Assembly: GCA_016182085.1 (NCBI GenBank)
Contig: JACOYB010000004.1
Location: 75,976-139,975, forward strand
Length of the DNA: 64,000 bases
From: Candidatus Magasanikiibacteriota bacterium
GTDB taxonomy: Bacteria; Patescibacteriota; Patescibacteriia; Magasanikbacterales; GWA2-37-8
Reading direction: 5' to 3'
Both the position numbers and the translations under genes were made by a program. The notes under the pieces were generated by a model that made no database searches, was not told the DNA's origin, and saw only the letters and a list, made by a program, of their open reading frames with translations. Positions within the stretch are counted from its first letter, which is position 1. Each line of letters opens with the position of its first letter. Of the stretch, positions 1 through 8,985 are shown one piece after another.

Positions 1-67
1 GAAAAAAGGCGTGGAAATTATTCCGTGCGGAGGGCTAATACGAGTAAGCCGGGTGAAAAAGAGGTAG
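1..67 (+). CDS. 3' end of an upstream gene (partial; frame 2 reads ...KKGVEIIPCGGLIRVSRVKKR*)
   Basis: Open frame running in from the window edge and ending at TAG 65-67, just upstream of ruvA. Identity not recognisable from 21 residues. Confidence 0.25.
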   Translation, partial: KKGVEIIPCGGLIRVSRVKKR

Positions 68-97
68 ATTTTACTCGCTAGTATTAATTAGTTTTTT

Positions 98-667
98 ATG
101 ATTTCGGTAATCGCCGGCAATATTTTAGATAAAAATGGCAATAAATTAACTGTTTTAACTTCGGGTGGAGTTGGCTATGAAATTATAGCAAGCGCCGCTT
201 CAATCAAGGCGTGGACTGTGGGGGCAGAAGCCACAATTTTAACGTATTTGGCTGTGCGGGAAAATGCGTTAGAGTTATACGGTTTTGCCAGTGCTCAGGA
301 AAAAGATTTGTTTGAAAAGTTTTTATTGGTAAGCGGAGTAGGGCCAAAAACCGCTTTGCATTTATTATCGCTTGGCAGTGTACAGGAAATTTCCACCGCC
401 ATTGGCCGTGAAGATCTAACATACCTGACAAAGGTAAGCGGTATTGGCAAAAAAACTGCGGAACGGATTTTAGTGGAATTAAAAAATAAAATGAGTGGTG
501 ATGGTACGGGCTTGGGAGAATTTGAAGGAGCCTTGGCAGACGTGATAGAAGGCTTGGGCGCGCTGGGTTATTCCATTGCCGAAGCCAGAAACGCGGTAAA
601 AGATTTGAATATTTCCGGCAAAACCAGCGAGCAGCTGCTTAAAGAGGCTTTGCAAAGAATTAAATAA
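98..667 (+). CDS. ruvA: Holliday junction branch-migration protein RuvA
   Basis: 189 aa. N-terminal OB fold, a central tandem helix-hairpin-helix region (LLVSGVGPKTALHLL...LTKVSGIGKKTAERILVELK) and a C-terminal domain III are typical of RuvA. Confidence 0.88.
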   Translation: MISVIAGNILDKNGNKLTVLTSGGVGYEIIASAASIKAWTVGAEATILTYLAVRENALELYGFASAQEKDLFEKFLLVSGVGPKTALHLLSLGSVQEISTAIGREDLTYLTKVSGIGKKTAERILVELKNKMSGDGTGLGEFEGALADVIEGLGALGYSIAEARNAVKDLNISGKTSEQLLKEALQRIK

Positions 668-681
668 ATTAATTTAAACAT

Positions 682-1443
682 ATGGAATTTGTTTTATTGG
701 CTATACTCATTTTGGCTGTACTTGGCCTAAGAATCGTAAAACAGTATGAAAAGGGCGTGGTTTTTCGTTTTGGAAAAATAGTTGGGATAAAAGAGCCGGG
801 GTTGAATTGGATAATCCCTTATATTGACAGGCTGCAAAAAGTAGATTTTCGCACAATTACCTTGCCTGTGCCAACGCAAAAAATTATTACCAGAGACAAT
901 GTGTCCGTAGATGTTTCGGCCGTGGCTTATTACAAAGTTGTAGATCCGATCAAAAGTATCGTTTCCATAGAGAATGTGATGAGCGCCATTAACCAGATTG
1001 CGCAAACTTCCATTAGAAATATTGTCGGTAAATTTCAGCTGGATGAGATATTAAGCGAACGCGAGCAGATCAATAAAAGCATTGCCACGGTTTTGGATGC
1101 CCATACTGAGGCCTGGGGAGTGGTAATTTCGGTGGTAGAAATAAAAGATATTGAACTTCCCGAAGGTATGCAGCGCGCCATGGCAAAGCAAGCCGAGGCG
1201 GAAAGAGAAAAACGCGCCAAAATTATTGCGGCGGAAGGAGAATTTTTATCTTCTCAAAAATTGGCTGATACTGCCGATATTATGGCGGCCCATCCAATCG
1301 CGCTGCAGCTGCGTAATTTACAAACCATGGCCGAAATCAGTATTGAGAAAAATTCCACGATTATTTTTCCGGCTCAATTTATGAGTACGATAAACGAGGT
1401 AAAAAAATTCATGGCACAAGAGAATGGACAAGTGAATAGATAA
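682..1443 (+). CDS. SPFH/band-7 (stomatin/HflC-like) membrane protein
   Basis: N-terminal TM helix followed by a band-7 core (VVFRFGKIVG...ITRDNVSVDVSAVAYYKVVDP) and a coiled-coil AEAEREKRAKIIAAEGE motif. Confidence 0.8.
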   Translation: MEFVLLAILILAVLGLRIVKQYEKGVVFRFGKIVGIKEPGLNWIIPYIDRLQKVDFRTITLPVPTQKIITRDNVSVDVSAVAYYKVVDPIKSIVSIENVMSAINQIAQTSIRNIVGKFQLDEILSEREQINKSIATVLDAHTEAWGVVISVVEIKDIELPEGMQRAMAKQAEAEREKRAKIIAAEGEFLSSQKLADTADIMAAHPIALQLRNLQTMAEISIEKNSTIIFPAQFMSTINEVKKFMAQENGQVNR

Positions 1444-1451
1444 ATAATTTT

Positions 1452-2462
1452 TTGTATCGATATATTATGGTAAAAGACAATTTAGATTTTTACGAAAATC
1501 GGAAGTTAAGCGGGGATGTGTCGGTGTTGGGAGTGCCTTTGGATTTAGGCAAAGATGCCACTGGTACTCAGCTTGGCCCGGCATATATACGCAAACATGG
1601 TTTGGAAGAAATGTGCAGAACTTTGGGATTTTTTTATAAAGATTTGGGAGATATAGAATGCGCTGGTCGTGAAGCGGCGGAAATGGGAGATATAAAAGTA
1701 AAATATTTGGATGAGATAAGCAGGGTGGTAGAAAAAACCGCCCGAATCGTACGGGATGAGATAAAAATGGGCGGCCAAATGCTCGTGCTGGGCGGTGATC
1801 ATGCTGTTTCTATCGGCAGTATTTCCGGGGCATCAGTAGCTTGCGAAGGTGATCTGGGGGTAATCTGGATAGATGCCCACGGCGATATGATGACACATGA
1901 AAATACCTTATCCGGCAATATTCACGGTATGCCATCTTCGGCAGTCATGGGTCTTGGACATCACACGTTGACGGATATATTAAAGCCGGGGGCAAAGATT
2001 AAGAAGGAAAATATTATTTATATTGGCCTCAAAGATCTGGATCAGGCGGAAATAGATTTGATCCGAAAGGAAAAACTCCATGCGTTTACCATGATGGATT
2101 TGGTGCGGGAAGGTTTTGGGCCAGTAACAGAAAGTCTGTTAGATTTACAAAAACGCGTCAGTAATATCTGGGTAAGTTTGGATGTGGATTCCATAGACTT
2201 GGATTATTCGCCAGCCACGCCTATGGCTACTGAAGGCGGTTTAACCCGAAGAGAGATTTCCAATTTGACAAAATTCATTGGCAAATTAAATAAAATCGTG
2301 GGGTTAGATGTGGTTGAATTAGCGCCAGAATTGGATAAAGATGGTAAAACCGGAAAGTTGGTAATTGAACTGGTCGCGCAGCTTCTCGGATCGGATTACG
2401 GCTGGTATGCGCATTATATGAAGAACGAAGAAGAAAAGCAGGTAAAAAGAGCTGCTATTTAA
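1452..2462 (+). CDS. arginase/agmatinase/formiminoglutamase-family ureohydrolase
   Basis: Mn-binding motifs GGDHAVS, IWIDAHGDMMT and SLDVDSIDLDYSPATP. Substrate specificity cannot be determined from sequence alone. Confidence 0.78.
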   Translation: MYRYIMVKDNLDFYENRKLSGDVSVLGVPLDLGKDATGTQLGPAYIRKHGLEEMCRTLGFFYKDLGDIECAGREAAEMGDIKVKYLDEISRVVEKTARIVRDEIKMGGQMLVLGGDHAVSIGSISGASVACEGDLGVIWIDAHGDMMTHENTLSGNIHGMPSSAVMGLGHHTLTDILKPGAKIKKENIIYIGLKDLDQAEIDLIRKEKLHAFTMMDLVREGFGPVTESLLDLQKRVSNIWVSLDVDSIDLDYSPATPMATEGGLTRREISNLTKFIGKLNKIVGLDVVELAPELDKDGKTGKLVIELVAQLLGSDYGWYAHYMKNEEEKQVKRAAI

Positions 2463-2468
2463 TAAAAA

Positions 2469-2582
2469 AATAACTAGTTTTCAGCAAACAACCTCTCGTC
2501 CGCCTCGGGCGGACTCGGGCGTTCAGATCTCATCCCGACGCGATTCGGGATTCCGGTGTGTTGCTGAAACTAGTTATTTTTT
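2469..2582. terminator. compound palindromic element / bidirectional terminator between convergent arginase-family gene and gatB
   Basis: Outer ~21-bp inverted repeat (aataactagttttcagcaaaca / tgttgctgaaactagttatt) encloses two GC hairpins (tccgcctcgggcgga and atcccgacgcgattcgggat). It fills the whole 120-bp convergent intergenic gap. Confidence 0.55.
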
Positions 2583-4135
2583 TATTTACTTATTTTTTTT
2601 CGCAGGAGTTTTTCGGTCACGGTTGGATCGGCCGATCCCTCGGTAGCTTTCATGACCATGCCCTTGAGGAATTGAAGAATAGGTTCCTTGCCATTTTTAA
2701 ACTGTTCCACTTGTTGCGGATAATTTTTTATGACTTCATCAATAACTTCCGAGAGTTTTCCTTCATCGCTAATTTGTCCGTAACCTTTTTCTTCCATTAC
2801 ATGGGTTGGGTCCAGATCCACGCCGGAATCAAGCATTTCATTTAGTATCTTTTGAGCGTTGGTAGAGTTTACGCGGTTGGTATAAATAAGCGCTACTAGT
2901 TCGGCAAAGTTTTCCGGTTTTAATCTAAGAATTTTAATATTTATGCTGCGTTCCGCCATCGCGCCCATAAGCTTGCTGGTAATCCAACCGCCGGCAAGTC
3001 TGGCGAGTTGCTGTTGTTTGTTTTGTAGGATTTCGTCCGTATCTGTTTTTGATTCGCTTAGGTTATGCAGCCAGTCTACCAGTTCGCTCATGACCTTTTC
3101 TGTATAGTCGGACCAGTGAAGATCGCTGGAAAGCAGTTCGGCATCTGCATAAGAAAATCCATATTCTTCACGCAGGCGAAGCCTTTTGGCTTGGGGTAAT
3201 TCTGGCAAAGATATATCTCCGGCGATTTTTACCGGGTGAAAAGGCGGAATATCCGGTTCGGGGAAATACCTGTAATCGGCGGCTGTTTCTTTGATTCTTT
3301 GCATCACGGTTTCGCCTTTGTTGTCATCCCAGCCCCTAGTTTGCTGTTTCCAGGCTTCTCCTTTTTCCAGCATGGCGGTTTGCCTGATTATTTCAAACTC
3401 AATCGCTTTTTCCACGGCTCGGAAAGAATTAATGTTTTTTACTTCTACTTTATGATTTAGGGTATAGCCGGCGACCGGTTTTATTACTCCTTTATCGTTT
3501 ATAAATTTATTTTCTTCCTGAAGAGAAATGTTGGCCTCACAGCGCATATTACCCTTTTCCATATCGGCATCGCTGATACCCAAATATCTAAAAATTGCTT
3601 GCAGTTCTTGGGAATACATTTTGGCTTCGGCCGAGCTGGTAACATCCGGTTCGGAAACTATTTCTACCAGCGGCACACCGGCCCGGTTAAAATTCACTAA
3701 AGTATTGCCCGAAGAGTCGTGAGATAATTTAGCCGTGTCTTCCTCCAAGTGTACTCTGGTAATACCGATATGGGCCTTGTCACGATAGTTTTTGCCCGGT
3801 AAGAATTCTAAATCTATATAGCCGTGTTCGCCAATAGGCTGGTCATACTGAGAAATTTGGTAGGCTTTGGGCAGGTCCGGATAAAAATAATGTTTGCGAT
3901 CAAATTTACTTTCGGTATTTATTTGGCAGTTTAATGCCTTGGCAATTTTGGCTGCCCATTCAATTGCCGTGTGGTTTGGCACAGGCAAGGTGCCGGGGTG
4001 GGCCAAGCAGATTTCACAGACATTGGTATTGGGAGCGGCGGAAAAAGGATCGTTTTTGCACGAACAAAACATTTTGCTTTTGGTTTTAAGCTCTACGTGA
4101 ATTTCCATGCCGATTATAGGGGTGTATTTGGGCAT
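2582..4135 (-). CDS. gatB: Asp/Glu-tRNA(Asn/Gln) amidotransferase subunit B
   Basis: 517 aa. N-terminus MPKYTPIIGMEIHVELKTKSKMFCSC with the C-terminal GatB/YqeY domain. Confidence 0.9.
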   Translation of the reverse strand: MPKYTPIIGMEIHVELKTKSKMFCSCKNDPFSAAPNTNVCEICLAHPGTLPVPNHTAIEWAAKIAKALNCQINTESKFDRKHYFYPDLPKAYQISQYDQPIGEHGYIDLEFLPGKNYRDKAHIGITRVHLEEDTAKLSHDSSGNTLVNFNRAGVPLVEIVSEPDVTSSAEAKMYSQELQAIFRYLGISDADMEKGNMRCEANISLQEENKFINDKGVIKPVAGYTLNHKVEVKNINSFRAVEKAIEFEIIRQTAMLEKGEAWKQQTRGWDDNKGETVMQRIKETAADYRYFPEPDIPPFHPVKIAGDISLPELPQAKRLRLREEYGFSYADAELLSSDLHWSDYTEKVMSELVDWLHNLSESKTDTDEILQNKQQQLARLAGGWITSKLMGAMAERSINIKILRLKPENFAELVALIYTNRVNSTNAQKILNEMLDSGVDLDPTHVMEEKGYGQISDEGKLSEVIDEVIKNYPQQVEQFKNGKEPILQFLKGMVMKATEGSADPTVTEKLLRKKISK

Positions 4136-4218
4136 AATTTAGTCTTATTTATGCGTTAAGATTATCATTTTATAGTTTTTTTGGCAATTTATTTTTTACT
4201 CTTTATCCCAATTCTATA

Positions 4219-4690
4219 TCACCCCATTTTGTCAGCAAAACGGGGTGATGCCCCAAAACTGCCTCGCGGATGTACTTATGCCTCGAACTGCCATCAGCTC
4301 TGTCTCGCTTTTGTCCTGAACTCAATTGGCCGTCTATAACGGCCAATCTCAAACAGCAGGACAAATTCCTCCCGTCAAGCGGGAGGAACCGCTCACCATC
4401 ACTGTGGCCAGTTCGGTCAAAGTCCATAGGCTCGGGTATCGAACCGTTGTCCAACGTTGTCCAGGCGAACATTGGAATTATGAGGATAGCAGACAGAGAC
4501 AAACCCGAACGATTCCCTGGCGGAATCTGCCCTGTGTTTGAGCCGAGGCGAGTTCAGGGCAGAAGTGAGTGGTGAGTCCTGTCTGGCTCCGAGTAATTCC
4601 ACCGTGAGCGATTTCTTTCCACCCCCTTTCTTTTAAAAGAAAGGGGGTAAGAGGGAGATGTGTTTTTGCTGACAAAATGGGGTGATAAAG
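4219..4690. ncRNA. candidate structured non-coding RNA or MITE-like element (identity unresolved)
   Basis: GC-rich island in an AT-rich neighbourhood. Closed by 25-bp inverted repeats (atcaccccattttgtcagcaaaa at 4219 / ttttgctgacaaaatggggtgat at 4665). Nested long-range complementarity (gcctcg/cgaggc, cctgaactc/gagttcagg), perfect hairpin ccccctttcttttaaaagaaaggggg. Only short mutually overlapping ORFs without RBS. Confidence 0.3.
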
Positions 4691-4749
4691 GATTATTTTT
4701 TAACTAAAATCCTCCATAAATATGGAGGATTTTAGAATATTTTTTTTGA

Positions 4750-5511
4750 TTACATTTGTTGAGAAGGTGGAGTGGAAGGCAAAGCAGATACCGGATTCTG
4801 TTTAGCGCTATAGTATAAAATAAGCATAGCGGCTGTAGAAAGAGGTGCCACCAAAACGGTTCCAAGGGAAGTAACCACGCTTGCCACTCCGCCTTTTAAA
4901 AATTCGGTAAGCGGTAGTAGATCAACTAAGGATGCGAGGACGTAAAAGAGGGCAAGATTGATGGCGCCAAATATCACATTAGGCGCCACGATTTTCCAAG
5001 CAATAGACCACCATCGTCCAAGTACGAGCGATTTACTGGTCTTTAGGGCAGCCATGCCTTTCTGGTTCTCAAAAATCATTACATATACATAAAAGCTATA
5101 CCATACGGTAAAGATTATGCCTGGAATGAGTAGTAATAAAAACCCGCCGATAATAATTAAGCCCGAAAGCAGAGAAGTATAGATGAAAGGCCAGATTAAC
5201 GGGCTGGACAAAGAAAAGTTTTCTCTCCAGTTTGTGGTTTGTCCGGACAAAAGACCGGATAGCGCCTTTGCCATGGCAATCGTTGTCCAAATGTTAAGTA
5301 CAATGGTAGCTACGCCCACAACTGTTATAAGCAGGTTTGTAGGTAAAGAGGATTTAGGCACAATGACTTCTAAGTATAGAGAAATAATGCCCAAAAGGGA
5401 TAGTGCGACTGTAGGAAGGAACAGAAGACCCAGGTATGGGACAAGGGCTCGCCAATTTTTGATATATAAATGGAAACTATTGCTAATAATTTCCCCTGCT
5501 GATTTGAGCAT
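4750..5511 (-). CDS. polytopic membrane protein, function unknown
   Basis: 253 aa with about six predicted TM helices. No recognisable catalytic motif. Confidence 0.55.
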   Translation of the reverse strand: MLKSAGEIISNSFHLYIKNWRALVPYLGLLFLPTVALSLLGIISLYLEVIVPKSSLPTNLLITVVGVATIVLNIWTTIAMAKALSGLLSGQTTNWRENFSLSSPLIWPFIYTSLLSGLIIIGGFLLLLIPGIIFTVWYSFYVYVMIFENQKGMAALKTSKSLVLGRWWSIAWKIVAPNVIFGAINLALFYVLASLVDLLPLTEFLKGGVASVVTSLGTVLVAPLSTAAMLILYYSAKQNPVSALPSTPPSQQM

Positions 5512-5520
5512 AGGTATGAG

Positions 5521-6234
5521 TTATTTGTGAATTAGATGTTGAAATAATTTTAAACTGTCTTGTTTCATTATATCAATTTCAGTCTCGGCATTCAAGTAAT
5601 GAATTTGGGTGCCGAGTTTTGTAAAAAAGTTTTGGTAAGCTTCTGACCTGTAAATTGCGGCGGCTTTTTTTAAAAAGTCGAGTTTTTCAAAAATAGCATC
5701 ATCATTTTTCTCAAGCCTTCCGCTTATACGCGCAAAGGCCTTGTCCGGAGAAATATCCATTAATACGAGATGTTGAGGCGGGTATTTTAAAGCAAAAGCA
5801 TTGCCGGGTATTTTGGCCAAAACATCAAAAGTTAAGTTTTCAGGATCAAGTATGTGTTGGTAACAAATGGAAGTACATACTGCCCGGTCACTAATGATGG
5901 TTTTCTCATTTTCTGCAAGAGCCGGCACAATCATTTTTTTGTAAAGAATTAAACGATCCAGAGCATAAGCTTCAGCAATGGCATAGGCCGGGTAGTCGGA
6001 GTTGTTTTTGATAAATTCTTCCCGGATAACCTTGCCAATTCCGGCGCTGGAAGGTTCGTGGCTAAAAATAAAGTCACAGGAGTCTGCTTCATTAAAATCA
6101 GGGTAGCGGTTAAATTCTTTTTGGTAATCCTTTAAATCAAAAATAGTATTGCCCTGGGCTGTCAGATAGTCTTTCCAAGTTTGTACGACTGTACTTTTGC
6201 CACTACCATCAATACCGTCAATCATGATGAACAT
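5521..6234 (-). CDS. tmk: thymidylate kinase-like P-loop kinase
   Basis: N-terminal MFIMIDGIDGSGKST matches the Tmk P-loop. The ~237-aa size and the position beside folA-thyA support a thymidylate kinase call. Confidence 0.6.
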   Translation of the reverse strand: MFIMIDGIDGSGKSTVVQTWKDYLTAQGNTIFDLKDYQKEFNRYPDFNEADSCDFIFSHEPSSAGIGKVIREEFIKNNSDYPAYAIAEAYALDRLILYKKMIVPALAENEKTIISDRAVCTSICYQHILDPENLTFDVLAKIPGNAFALKYPPQHLVLMDISPDKAFARISGRLEKNDDAIFEKLDFLKKAAAIYRSEAYQNFFTKLGTQIHYLNAETEIDIMKQDSLKLFQHLIHK

Positions 6235-6235
6235 A

Positions 6236-6709
6236 CTATCTGGTATATTTTACAAAAGAAAATCCTTCGTGATCTTCTCTCCATATTTCTTTCCAAATAT
6301 TTAAATCTATGGTTGGAAAAAATACATCGCCATCCGGTTCTTGATCTATCCAGGTTATATATAATGTATCAACTTTATTAAGGGTTTGTTTGTAAATACT
6401 GGCTCCGCCGCAGACGAATACGTCCTCGTCTTTAAGAGCATTCCAGGCTTCGTCTAGTGAATAAAAAACACGCACGCCTTCAGGCGCTTTAAAATTTGTG
6501 TCTAGAGTTATTACAACTGTTTGTCGGCCCGGCAGGGGCTTGCCCAAATATCCCAAAATGGACTCAAAGGTTTTTTGTCCCATCAGACAGGTTTTGCCAA
6601 GAGTAGTTTTTCTAAAATACTGAAAATCCTCGGGAACATTCCATGGGATTTTGTTATCCTTGCCGATACAATTGTTTTTGGCCACGGCCGCGATAAGAGA
6701 GAAGCTCAT
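6236..6709 (-). CDS. folA: dihydrofolate reductase
   Basis: MSFSLIAAVAKNNCIGKDNKIPWNVPEDFQYF...GKTCLMGQKTFESI...PLPGRQTVVITL. Start taken at the internal Met, since the upstream extension in the ORF track overlaps thyA. The ATG lies 1 nt after the thyA stop. Confidence 0.85.
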   Translation of the reverse strand: MSFSLIAAVAKNNCIGKDNKIPWNVPEDFQYFRKTTLGKTCLMGQKTFESILGYLGKPLPGRQTVVITLDTNFKAPEGVRVFYSLDEAWNALKDEDVFVCGGASIYKQTLNKVDTLYITWIDQEPDGDVFFPTIDLNIWKEIWREDHEGFSFVKYTR

Positions 6710-6710
6710 A

Positions 6711-7640
6711 TTAAACAGCGATCGGTGCTTTAATAGGTGGATCTGGGTTGTAGTCAACAAGTTCAAAATCTTCAAATTTAAAACCAAAGATATCTTTTAT
6801 ATCCGGATTAATTTTCATTTGAGGTAATTTTTTGGGAGTTCTAGATAGCTGTTCTTTCACTTGCTCAAAGTGATTGCGGTAAATATGAACATCACCAAAT
6901 GTATGAATAAATTCCCCAGGTTCCAGCCCGCTTACCTGCGCGATCATCATCGTAAACAAAGCGTATGATGCGAGGTTAAATGGTACGCCTAAGAAAACAT
7001 CCGCACTTCTTTGGTAAAGCTGGCAAGACAGTTTGCCATTGATAACCATGAATTGAAATAATGTATGGCATGGTGGTGGAGCGCTGTGGTGAGCACGGAT
7101 TAGTGTTTCAATTTCACCTACATTCCAGCCATTGATGATAATGCGGCGTGAAGTTGGATCGTTTTTTATTAAATCAAGAACAAGGTTTATTTGGTTAATT
7201 TCTTTACCATCTTTGGTACCCCATTTAACCCACTGTTTGCCATAAATCGGTCCTAGATCACCCCATTGTTTAGCAAACTGTTCGTCAGATTTCATGCTGC
7301 CGATAAATTTTTCAAATTCAACATTCCAGTTTTCTGAGTAGCGCGGAAAATCTTTTTCTAAATTATTTTTTTTAAGATAGTCGGCAAAAGCCCACTCATT
7401 CCAGATTTTTACGTCATTGTCTATCAAAAATTTAATGTTGGTATCACCACGTAAAAACCAAAGCAGTTCGTAAATAATTGCTTTGAGGTGGACTTTTTTG
7501 GTAGTCAGTAGAGGAAAGCCGTCAGCTAGATTTGCTCGGTATTGATATCCAAAAACACTGCGGGTACCTACACCAGTCCGGTCATTCTTATCTGTTCCGT
7601 TTTCATATAAGTGCCTTAACAGATCAAGGTATTGCTTCAT
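6711..7640 (-). CDS. thyA: thymidylate synthase (ThyA type)
   Basis: 309 aa. Contains catalytic PPCH and the [18 protein letters not shown]-type core. Confidence 0.95.
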   Translation of the reverse strand: MKQYLDLLRHLYENGTDKNDRTGVGTRSVFGYQYRANLADGFPLLTTKKVHLKAIIYELLWFLRGDTNIKFLIDNDVKIWNEWAFADYLKKNNLEKDFPRYSENWNVEFEKFIGSMKSDEQFAKQWGDLGPIYGKQWVKWGTKDGKEINQINLVLDLIKNDPTSRRIIINGWNVGEIETLIRAHHSAPPPCHTLFQFMVINGKLSCQLYQRSADVFLGVPFNLASYALFTMMIAQVSGLEPGEFIHTFGDVHIYRNHFEQVKEQLSRTPKKLPQMKINPDIKDIFGFKFEDFELVDYNPDPPIKAPIAV

Positions 7641-7676
7641 AGTTACAAACTATTATTTAGTTTTATACCTTAGTAT

Positions 7677-7865
7677 TTAATTGTCTGTATTCTCATTTTC
7701 GTCCTCTGTAGCTACGCGATCAATCGCATTATCAACATCTTCATTTGATATTTCTTGTAAATCTATTTTAGCTTTAGCTTCCGCAATTTTTTCATCCCAT
7801 TCCCTAGCTTCTTCCTCGCTAATGATTCTTTCCGTGCTTGGTGGCAAAGATTTTTTATTATCCAT
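7677..7865 (-). CDS. small acidic hypothetical protein
   Basis: 62-aa highly acidic ORF between thyA and dut on the same strand. No motif recognised. Confidence 0.3.
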   Translation of the reverse strand: MDNKKSLPPSTERIISEEEAREWDEKIAEAKAKIDLQEISNEDVDNAIDRVATEDENENTDN

Positions 7866-7871
7866 ATTAAT

Positions 7872-8192
7872 TTAGTTTTCATCCTCCTCATCTTCTAAAG
7901 ATATAAGATCGTTTTCGGAGAGTTCGGTTTCTCCTGTGCCGTCAGCAAACTGTTTTTCGAGGGTATTTTCGTATTCTGCAGGGCTGAGCGGCTTTTGTCC
8001 CGAAACCTTCCTTTTTTCGTTTACCTTTTCTAATTCCCTTAACATTTGTTCATCTTTTTCATCGTGAACCCCAGGTAAGTAACCCTCTGGTTTTCTTGCT
8101 CTTTTTTCTTGTTCCATATATATACGATTTAAGTTAGATCCCGCTAAACGGGACGAGTTAATTAATAAACTATTATTGTCCGGTAGTTCCAA
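7872..8192 (-). CDS. acidic hypothetical protein
   Basis: 106 aa (or 81 aa from the internal Met), D/E-rich, co-directional within the nucleotide cluster. Its 3' end overlaps the dut start region. Confidence 0.35.
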   Translation of the reverse strand: MELPDNNSLLINSSRLAGSNLNRIYMEQEKRARKPEGYLPGVHDEKDEQMLRELEKVNEKRKVSGQKPLSPAEYENTLEKQFADGTGETELSENDLISLEDEEDEN

Positions 8193-8604
8193 ATCCGCCT
8201 CGGCTATCTTTTTTCATTTCACTTACCTCTTCCCACTCGCCCTGGTCTACGCGCACAAACGCCGCTTGGCCCATGCGTTCGCCTTTGGCTACAGGCGCTT
8301 CCTGGTCGGTAAAGTTGTAAATCTGGAGCATTATTTCGTCTTTTTCGCCGTGGTAATCTTGGTCAATTATACCAATCCCATGGGGTACAAGCAAGCCCTT
8401 TTTTTTGGGGGTGCTAGAACGGGTGACTACCGTAAGCATATAGCCTTTGGGGATTTCTACAATTATATTTGTTGGAATAAGCCCCAAAGATTTGGGAGCG
8501 ATAGTCATATCTACTCGGCTATACAAATCAAAAGCCACGGCGCCGGTAGTTTGATATTCGGGCAGGGGTAGAGAAGTGTCTATTCTTTTGATTTTAACTT
8601 TCAT
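8173..8604 (-). CDS. dut: dUTP diphosphatase
   Basis: dUTPase motifs AVAFDLYS, TRSSTPKKKGLLVPHGIGIIDQDYHGE and the C-terminal RGGFGTTG. Start set at MKVKIKR. Confidence 0.9.
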   Translation of the reverse strand: MKVKIKRIDTSLPLPEYQTTGAVAFDLYSRVDMTIAPKSLGLIPTNIIVEIPKGYMLTVVTRSSTPKKKGLLVPHGIGIIDQDYHGEKDEIMLQIYNFTDQEAPVAKGERMGQAAFVRVDQGEWEEVSEMKKDSRGGFGTTGQ

Positions 8605-8609
8605 AAAAT

Positions 8610-8981
8610 TTATGCGCACCCGCGATGCAGCGGTCTTGTTGGCAGATATGGGATGTTAAAAATAGTGTAGAGCCTAACAGTACAAAATCCACAATAATCT
8701 TGCATTCCGGTAGTCTGTGTAATTTCCATTCGTTGAGTTATTAATCTGCCAAACTCTAAAAAAGGGCCAGGTGCTCCACTATATAACATTGACCAACAGC
8801 CTTGTAATTCGGTATCCCCCAGTATTTTTCCTGAGGAGTTGTCTACGTAAACATGGCCACCAACTACTCCGATAAAATTATTATTTTTTGAAGCCTTGTG
8901 TGATATAGCCCTTCCCACAATAAAAGTTAGCAGTAAAATAACTGCCAAGGCTAGTAGTGAGTGTTTAACAACTTTTTTCAT
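8610..8981 (-). CDS. small secreted or membrane-anchored hypothetical protein
   Basis: Signal/TM segment MKKVVKHSLLALAVILLLTF followed by a Gly/Cys-containing domain. Unknown function. Confidence 0.4.
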   Translation of the reverse strand: MKKVVKHSLLALAVILLLTFIVGRAISHKASKNNNFIGVVGGHVYVDNSSGKILGDTELQGCWSMLYSGAPGPFLEFGRLITQRMEITQTTGMQDYCGFCTVRLYTIFNIPYLPTRPLHRGCA

Positions 8982-8985
8982 GTAA

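Noticed and set aside
4400-4620. Attempted identification as RNase P RNA or tmRNA
   Set aside because: Strings resembling P4/CR-I (AAAGUCC..AUAGG), CR-V (ACAGAGACAAACCCGAAC) and GUGAGCGAUU are present. However, they are not in the order required by the RNase P secondary structure. No tRNA-like 3' end with CCA or tag-peptide reading frame was found for tmRNA.
4203-4675. Six overlapping 60-100 aa ORFs in the ORF track on both strands
   Set aside because: They are mutually overlapping in a GC-rich block, lack RBS/start context and have arbitrary composition. The region shows inverted-repeat and compensatory-pairing structure better explained by an RNA or MITE.
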